A stretch of 64,000 bases of DNA from assembly GCF_000027125.1 (NCBI RefSeq), contig NC_017626.1; one strand, written 5' to 3'. The position numbers were made by a program, and so were the translations under genes. This stretch comes from Escherichia coli 042 (GTDB taxonomy: Bacteria > Pseudomonadota > Gammaproteobacteria > Enterobacterales > Enterobacteriaceae). Under the pieces are notes generated by a model, which worked only from the letters and a program-made list of their open reading frames with translations, was not told the DNA's origin and ran no database searches. Of this stretch, positions 57,616 through 64,000 are shown one piece after another; positions within the stretch are counted from its first letter, which is position 1, and each line of letters starts with the position of its first letter.

Positions 57616-58838
57616 GATTGTGCCTCCGCTTCGGTTTTAGCCGCGGTCGCGTCTTCTTTTGGCACCAGCATCATCGCCACGCCAATCGCCGTTACGCCGC
57701 CGATCAATTTGCCGACAATCATCGGGAAAATCATGGCGTTCATGTTGGCAGCGGCGAAGCCTAAGTGGTCGCCCAGGGCGAAAGCAGCGGAAACGGCGAA
57801 GGCGCAGTTGATGACTTTGCCGCGGGTATCCATCTGCTTCATCATGCCGAACATCGGGATGTTGTTAGCAAGCGTTGCCACCATGCCAGCTGCCGCGATG
57901 TTGTTCATATTCAGCACTTTACCGACGCTCATCAGCGGTTTTTCAAACCAGCGGGTCAGCAGCAGCACCATCGGGTACGCCCCTAACAGAACGCAGGAGA
58001 TAGAACCGATAACTTCAATGGCGCGCATCACTTCACCGGGTTTGTCGCCAGGGGCCATAAAGATAGGATCCAGACCGGGGATCAGTTCCCAGCCAAGGAG
58101 GAATTTCACTACCGCGGCAGCAAGACCGAGGGTGATCAATGCAACGAGGAATTTGGCGAAGATCTGGAAGCCGTTGATCATTTTTTCCGGGATGAATTTC
58201 AGCCCCAGCGCCACCAGCACCGCAACGATAAGTACCGGGATCATGTTCATCAGGATCAGCGCAAAGGTGAATTCCACCGGCTGACCGTTGATCTGCACAC
58301 CGGAGTACATAGCAACCAGACCACCAGCAATACAGCCAATCGGAATGGTCACAATGCCCGCCAGCACGCCGAGCGCCAGATAACGACGGTCAGAAGGTTC
58401 GATAATGCCGAGCGCCACCGGAATGGAAAACACAATCGTTGGCCCCATCATCGACCCGAGAATTAACCCAGAGTATAGCCACGCTGCTACGTCGCCGCCC
58501 GCCAGCTCTTTGGCGAGGAAGAACCCGCCCATATCGCACGCCAGCAGTGTTCCGGCGAACATCGATGGGTTTGCGCCGAGCATTTCGTAAACCGGGATAA
58601 TCACCGGTCCGAGTACGTGGGCCAGAACAGGTGCCAGCGCGGTCATACCAACCATCGCCAGGCCCAGTGCGCCCATCGCCATAAAGCCTTCTTCAAACTG
58701 CCCGCCGGATCCTTCGATACTTTTACCGAACTTACCGAGGAAACGAGCAGAACCGCCGAACTGCGACAGGATCCTGTCTACGGCAGCTATCAGCATAAAG
58801 AACATCATGATGTACATGATGATTTCGTTAATTCCCAT
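57612..58838 (-). CDS. eutH: Ethanolamine permease/facilitator
   Basis: 408-aa polytopic membrane protein with a 4-nt overlap with eutA. Confidence 0.95.
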   Translation of the reverse strand: MGINEIIMYIMMFFMLIAAVDRILSQFGGSARFLGKFGKSIEGSGGQFEEGFMAMGALGLAMVGMTALAPVLAHVLGPVIIPVYEMLGANPSMFAGTLLACDMGGFFLAKELAGGDVAAWLYSGLILGSMMGPTIVFSIPVALGIIEPSDRRYLALGVLAGIVTIPIGCIAGGLVAMYSGVQINGQPVEFTFALILMNMIPVLIVAVLVALGLKFIPEKMINGFQIFAKFLVALITLGLAAAVVKFLLGWELIPGLDPIFMAPGDKPGEVMRAIEVIGSISCVLLGAYPMVLLLTRWFEKPLMSVGKVLNMNNIAAAGMVATLANNIPMFGMMKQMDTRGKVINCAFAVSAAFALGDHLGFAAANMNAMIFPMIVGKLIGGVTAIGVAMMLVPKEDATAAKTEAEAQS

Positions 58839-58868
58839 CGCCTTTACTCCCTGTTAGTTGTTATTTAT

Positions 58869-59352
<484 letters not shown>

Positions 59353-59353
59353 T

Positions 59354-60541
59354 TTATTGTGCCGCTGCGTACAGGCCGACAATCTGCTCCAGGCTGGCGG
59401 TACGCGGGTTGCTGCGCAGACAAATATCTTCCAGCGCGGCCTGCGCCCATGCGCCGTAATGTCCGGTGGTTGCGCCCACGTCTGCCAGCCGCTTGTTGAT
59501 CCCGACTTCCGCAATCAGCTCACTTACCGCGTTAATAGCGTCACGATCGTCGGATTTTTTAGTTCGCAGCGCCCGACCAATCTGACTAAAGCGTTCACGA
59601 CAAACCATCCGGTTAAATTCCATCACCGTTGGCAGCAACATGGCGTTCGCCAGACCGTGCGGAATATGCAGCGCCGCCCCCGTTTGATGCGCCATCGCGT
59701 GGCATATCCCAAGCCCCGCACTGGAAAACGCCATTCCCGCCATGCATGAAGCCAGCAACATACTCTCGCGCGCGGCAAGGTCGTGACCGTAGCCCACCGC
59801 TTTCGGCAGTGATTTACCAATCATCGCGATTGCGCCAATCGCCAGGCTGTCGGTAAACGGTGTAGCGTTCAGCGCGCTGTACGCTTCAATGGCATGGGTT
59901 AACGCATCAATGCCAGTCATCGCCGTGACATGCGACGGCACGCCTTCGGTCAGCGCGGCGTCGAGGATCGCCACATCCGGCATCAACGAGGCATGTGCTA
60001 ACACCTGCTTGCGCCCGCTCACCGCGTCGATAATCACCGTTACGTTGGTGGTTTCAGAACCGGTTCCGGCAGTAGTTGGAATGGCAATCAGCGGCAGGCG
60101 CGGTTGCAGAACGCTGGTTTCTGACATTTCTGCCAGCGTGCTATCCGGGTTCGTCACCAGTAGTGCCACCGCTTTCGCCGCATCCAGCACCGAGCCGCCG
60201 CCAAACGCAATCACCCCATCGCACCCCGATTCACGCAACTGCGCCACGGCTGCACACACGTCGGTGATGCACGGTTCGCCCACCGGACATGACCAGAGCG
60301 TCATGGCGATACCTTTAACGGCCAGGCTACGCGTCAGCCCGGCGGTCATCCCTGCCTGATGCAAAAAGCTGTCTGCCATCACGAACAGATGTTTCAGCCC
60401 ACGCGTTTGCGCTTGCTGTCCGCAACTGCTCACCGCGCCCGGACCGCAAAGCGTCACCGGTGGAACGCTAAATGTTTTTACCCGTTGCAGATTCAGGGTA
60501 TCGAACGCCTGAAAGAGCGCGGTCTGCAATTCATTTTGCAT
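59354..60541 (-). CDS. eutG: Iron-containing alcohol dehydrogenase
   Basis: 395 aa. Matches EutG. Confidence 0.95.
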   Translation of the reverse strand: MQNELQTALFQAFDTLNLQRVKTFSVPPVTLCGPGAVSSCGQQAQTRGLKHLFVMADSFLHQAGMTAGLTRSLAVKGIAMTLWSCPVGEPCITDVCAAVAQLRESGCDGVIAFGGGSVLDAAKAVALLVTNPDSTLAEMSETSVLQPRLPLIAIPTTAGTGSETTNVTVIIDAVSGRKQVLAHASLMPDVAILDAALTEGVPSHVTAMTGIDALTHAIEAYSALNATPFTDSLAIGAIAMIGKSLPKAVGYGHDLAARESMLLASCMAGMAFSSAGLGICHAMAHQTGAALHIPHGLANAMLLPTVMEFNRMVCRERFSQIGRALRTKKSDDRDAINAVSELIAEVGINKRLADVGATTGHYGAWAQAALEDICLRSNPRTASLEQIVGLYAAAQ

Positions 60542-61367
60542 AGATCCCCTCCGCTTTCTCTCGCCCGCTACTGGCGATCGCCAGCGGGGTCATAAACAAA
60601 CTGTGCTGCGGTAGATGCACCTGTAACGCCGGGAATTGTTTGCAAAACAGTTCCGCTACGCCCGGTTGCATACAGGAGCCGCCCGCCAGCCATAAATCAG
60701 TAATGCCCTGCCCTTCAATATGCCGGGCGACAATGTCCGCCATTTTTTCGTACACCGGTTTCACCGCAGGCCAAATCTCTTCACCGTGACCGCGCTTGTA
60801 CTGCTCCGCCTCTTCCAGCGAAATACGGCGATTTCCGGCGAGAGTCAGAGAGATGTGATGTCCGCCAGTGGCTTCATCCGCCGAGTACGTCACCTTGCCC
60901 TTTTTCACGATGGCAATGCCGGTGGTGCCGCCGCCGATATCCACTACGCCTGCGTTGTCCAGTTGCAGCAGATCCGCGACTGCGGTTGGCTCATCCAGCA
61001 CATGGCTCACTTCCAGTCCAGCAGACTCCAGCACGTTGATGGAAATACGCGGGTCCGTACCTGGAGGAAATGAGGTCGCCGCATGGCTAAAACGGCGACC
61101 GAATTGCTGCTCAAGAGTGTCGAGATGGCGACGAACAATGGTGACCGCACCGAAGAAATCCCAGACGATGCCGTCGCGGACCACATCGGCCCAGTCGAGA
61201 CATACCGCCACCGGCTGACCGTCGCAGTCGACAACCATCGACACCACATCGCAGGTGCCCAGATCCACCCCCAGCCACAGCGGAGATTCCGTTGCGGCAG
61301 GTGTCTGGTTACACAGCGTTGCCGCCGTTTGCAGACGCGGGGTGAGCCATTGTTCGTCGTGCGCCAT
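60531..61367 (-). CDS. eutJ: DnaK/actin-like ATPase chaperone
   Basis: 278 aa. Matches EutJ. It overlaps eutG by 11 nt. Confidence 0.94.
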   Translation of the reverse strand: MAHDEQWLTPRLQTAATLCNQTPAATESPLWLGVDLGTCDVVSMVVDCDGQPVAVCLDWADVVRDGIVWDFFGAVTIVRRHLDTLEQQFGRRFSHAATSFPPGTDPRISINVLESAGLEVSHVLDEPTAVADLLQLDNAGVVDIGGGTTGIAIVKKGKVTYSADEATGGHHISLTLAGNRRISLEEAEQYKRGHGEEIWPAVKPVYEKMADIVARHIEGQGITDLWLAGGSCMQPGVAELFCKQFPALQVHLPQHSLFMTPLAIASSGREKAEGIYAK

Positions 61368-61377
61368 CGGTTACTCC

Positions 61378-62781
61378 TTAAACAATGCGAAACGCATCAA
61401 CTAATACACAGCGACGCAGACGGACAAACGTACGCGCGCTGGTTACCCCTTCACCGGTTGGCGTGGTGATGGTCATGGTGGTCCAGCCTTCCCCGCCCAG
61501 CCCCAGCCCGGCAATGCACGGTCCGTTCTTAACGAAAATGCTGGTATCAATGGCGTTCGCCATCTGGTTCATGTTCTCGATGTTGCGCGAGTGCATTGCC
61601 GCCGTGTGATGGCAACCGCCTTCCAGTTTCACCGCCAGCGCAATGGCATCCGCCACGTTGGCGACGCGCACGACGGGCAGCACCGGCATCATCAGTTCGG
61701 TCACGGCAAACGGATGTTCTGCAGTGGTTTCCACAAACAGCAAACGCGTTTCTTGCGGCACGTTCAGGCCGATTGCCGCCGCGATTTTCGCCGCATCGCG
61801 ACCTACCCAGTCACGGCTGACGGTGCCTTTTCCGCGCTCGTCGATATTTTTCAGCAACACCGGTTGCAGCTGCTGCGCCTGTTCTGCGGTCAGTTTCACC
61901 GCGTGCTGGCCTTCCATCAGACGCATCAGTTCATCGGCTACGCTATCAACAACAATCAGTACCTTTTCGTCGGCACAAATGATGTTGTTATCGAAAGAAG
62001 CGCCTTTGACGATGGACTGAGCGGCACGGGCGAGGTCGGCGGTTTCATCCACCACTACCGGCGGGTTGCCAGCGCCTGCGGCAATCAGACGTTTATTGGT
62101 GTGTTTACGCGCCGCTTCTACTACCGCTTCGCCGCCCGTCACCACCAAAAGGCCGATGCCCGGAAACTTGAATAAGCGTTGCGCGGTTTCGATATCCGGA
62201 TTTGCCACAGTAACCAGTAAGTTTTCCGGCCCGCCTGCGGCAACAATCGCCTGGTTGAGCAGCGTGATCGCCCGCTGGGAGACTTTTTTCGCCGCCGGAT
62301 GCGGGGCAAAAATGACGCTGTTGCCCGCGGCAATCAGGCTGATGGCGTTGTTAATTACGGTTGCCGCCGGGTTAGTGGAAGGCGTCACCGAAGCCACCAC
62401 GCCCCAGGGCGCGTTTTCAATTAAAGTCAGGCCGTTGTCGCCGGTCAGCACCTGTGGTGAGAGGCACTCAACGCCTGGTGTGCCGCACGCCTGAGCGACG
62501 TTTTTGGCAAATTTATCTTCGACGCGGCCCATGCCGGTTTCACTGACGGCAAGTTCCGCTAAATCTCTGGCGTGTTTTTCGCCTGCCTCACGAATGGCAG
62601 CAATGGCTAACTGGCGCATTGCCACGCTTTTTAACCCTTGCTGGGCAATTTTGGCTGCCGCAACGGCGTCATCCAGGGACGCGAAAACGCCCATCTCATG
62701 AACGGCGGCGGGCGGCGTATCACTGCTTTGCATTTTCAGCAGTACCGCTTTCACCACCTGTTCAATATCCTGTTGATTCAT
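61378..62781 (-). CDS. eutE: CoA-acylating acetaldehyde dehydrogenase
   Basis: 467 aa. Matches EutE. Confidence 0.95.
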   Translation of the reverse strand: MNQQDIEQVVKAVLLKMQSSDTPPAAVHEMGVFASLDDAVAAAKIAQQGLKSVAMRQLAIAAIREAGEKHARDLAELAVSETGMGRVEDKFAKNVAQACGTPGVECLSPQVLTGDNGLTLIENAPWGVVASVTPSTNPAATVINNAISLIAAGNSVIFAPHPAAKKVSQRAITLLNQAIVAAGGPENLLVTVANPDIETAQRLFKFPGIGLLVVTGGEAVVEAARKHTNKRLIAAGAGNPPVVVDETADLARAAQSIVKGASFDNNIICADEKVLIVVDSVADELMRLMEGQHAVKLTAEQAQQLQPVLLKNIDERGKGTVSRDWVGRDAAKIAAAIGLNVPQETRLLFVETTAEHPFAVTELMMPVLPVVRVANVADAIALAVKLEGGCHHTAAMHSRNIENMNQMANAIDTSIFVKNGPCIAGLGLGGEGWTTMTITTPTGEGVTSARTFVRLRRCVLVDAFRIV

Positions 62782-62792
62782 GATGTTCTGCC

Positions 62793-63080
62793 TTATTTGT
62801 GGAAAATTACCTGACCGCCAGACACCACCTCATCGACGATGCCAATCACGCACAGATCGACCGGTGACGTTTCGCTTTTATGCGCCTGGCGGGCGGAACT
62901 GCCACTCACCAGCAACACCCACTCCCCGGTTCCCGCGCCAATATTGTCGATTGCGACGGCGCATTGCCCGTCAGGATTACCTTGTGGATCAATCATTTCC
63001 ACCATCAGCAATTTGTCATGCGCCAGTCCGTGATGGCGTACGGTACAAACAATTTGTCCAGTGACGACTGCCAGTTTCAT
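62793..63080 (-). CDS. eutN: BMC vertex (pentamer) protein
   Basis: 95 aa of the EutN/CcmL family. Confidence 0.95.
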   Translation of the reverse strand: MKLAVVTGQIVCTVRHHGLAHDKLLMVEMIDPQGNPDGQCAVAIDNIGAGTGEWVLLVSGSSARQAHKSETSPVDLCVIGIVDEVVSGGQVIFHK

Positions 63081-63140
63081 ACCCGCCTCCGTGGCGTATT
63101 TCAGGTAAAAGCTCCCCCTACCCTCCGCGGAAGGTAAACT

Positions 63141-63176
63141 GAAAAATGAGAGAGCGTGACGCCCGAATCGACGTCA
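63141..63176 (-). terminator. Weak terminator-like hairpin between eutM and eutN
   Basis: On the mRNA strand, gtgacg-(10 nt)-cgtcac is followed by gctctctcattttt, 11 nt after the eutM stop. Confidence 0.3.
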
Positions 63177-63186
63177 CACAGGGTGA

Positions 63187-63480
63187 TTACAGGTTGCTGC
63201 TATCGCCTTTCAGGCCGATCGGGAAGACTTCTTCCAGGTCGCCGTGCGGACGCGGGATAACGTGTACAGATACCAGCTCGCCGATACGCTGTGCCGCTGC
63301 AGCACCTGCGTCGGTCGCGGCTTTACAGGCTGCAACATCACCACGAACCATGGCAGTACACAGGCCGCCGCCAATCTGCTTAACACCAACCAGCTTGACG
63401 CGCGCAGCTTTCACCATCGCGTCAGAAGCCTCAATCAGTGCAACCAGGCCCCGGGTTTCGATCATTCCTAATGCTTCCAT
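63187..63480 (-). CDS. eutM: Major BMC hexamer shell protein
   Basis: 97 aa from ATG 63480 ([28 protein letters not shown]...). The ORF-track start at 63522 is rejected. Confidence 0.95.
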   Translation of the reverse strand: MEALGMIETRGLVALIEASDAMVKAARVKLVGVKQIGGGLCTAMVRGDVAACKAATDAGAAAAQRIGELVSVHVIPRPHGDLEEVFPIGLKGDSSNL

Positions 63481-63518
63481 TGTGCTTTCCTCTTTATCAG
63501 GGTCCAGAACGGGACCGT

Positions 63519-64000
63519 TCATTCAACCAGTGTTTGTAAACTGCTTTCGCGGTTCACTTCTGTCTGACGCGGCACAGCTGCCACCAGCGCCAGTTCGATA
63601 ATTTCCTGCACGCTACAACCACGAGAGAGATCGTGCATCGGCGCGGCAAGTCCTTGTATCAATGGCCCGACGGCACGATATCCGCCGAGTCGTTGTGCGA
63701 TTTTGTAGCCAATATTTCCGGCTTCCAGCGACGGAAAAACCATCACATTGGCCTTGCCTTGTAGCGGGCTGGCAGGCGCTTTTTGCGCCGCCACTTCCGG
63801 CACGAAGGCGGCGTCAAACTGCAACTCGCCATCGACTACCAACTGCGGCGCGCGCTCACGGACGATTTCTGTCGCCTGCTGGACATTGGCAACGCAGGGG
63901 TGACGGGCGCTGCCGTTACTGGAAAACGACAACATCGCCACGCGCGGCTCTTCTCCGGTGATGGCGCGCCAGGTTTCGGCGCTGGCAAGCGCGATATCCG
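63519..64000 (-). CDS. eutD: Phosphotransacetylase, 3' part (gene continues beyond the window)
   Basis: The C-terminal ~160 codons of a Pta-like protein end in …[35 protein letters not shown]. The reading frame stays open to the window edge, so the ORF-track Met at 63941 is internal. Confidence 0.9.
   Translation of the reverse strand, partial: DIALASAETWRAITGEEPRVAMLSFSSNGSARHPCVANVQQATEIVRERAPQLVVDGELQFDAAFVPEVAAQKAPASPLQGKANVMVFPSLEAGNIGYKIAQRLGGYRAVGPLIQGLAAPMHDLSRGCSVQEIIELALVAAVPRQTEVNRESSLQTLVE

Overview
This window is an Escherichia coli chromosomal segment, collinear with the K-12 map from lpxP to eutD. I identified genes by recognising the translated ORFs and their order from memory. 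No database search was run.

Gene order:
- lpxP, ypdK, alaC
- ypdA, ypdB, ypdC
- the fryB-fryC-ypdF-ypdE-fryA PTS/peptidase operon
- glk, yfeO, ypeC, mntH, nupC, pdeA(yfeA)
- tRNA alaX and alaW, then yfeC, yfeD, gltX
- tRNA valU, valX, valY, lysV
- a strain-specific FlxA-like ORF
- yfeR, yfeH, ypeB, ligA, zipA, cysZ, cysK
- ptsH, ptsI, crr, pdxK, yfeK, yfeS
- cysM, cysA, cysW, cysU, cysP, ucpA
- murR, murQ, murP, a yfeW remnant
- yfeX, yfeY, yfeZ, ypeA, amiA, hemF
- the 3' two thirds of the eut microcompartment operon: eutR, K, L, C, B, A, H, G, J, E, N, M, and partial eutD

I also support 6 tRNAs, four REP/BIME loci, several rho-independent terminators, two strong tRNA promoters, the MntR and Fur boxes of mntH, and a candidate Mlc box at ptsH. 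I found no IS element, integrase, prophage, CRISPR array or recognisable defence or toxin module.

I do not see a convincing new multi-gene system. Almost everything is core E. coli. The points most worth a second look:
1. The lysV-yfeR junction. The xapR-xapB-xapA-yfeN block of K-12 is absent. In its place is about 0.45 kb with one FlxA-like coiled-coil ORF behind a near-consensus sigma28 (FliA) promoter.
2. The cryptic fry PTS operon, which carries two aminopeptidases.
3. A near-complete deletion of yfeW (PBP4B).
4. A five-unit BIME array inside the eut operon, flanked by an 8-bp direct repeat.
5. The eutB-eutA junction, which is uninterrupted here.
6. Several poorly understood genes: the yfeC/yfeD paralogues, ypeC, and yfeK/yfeS.
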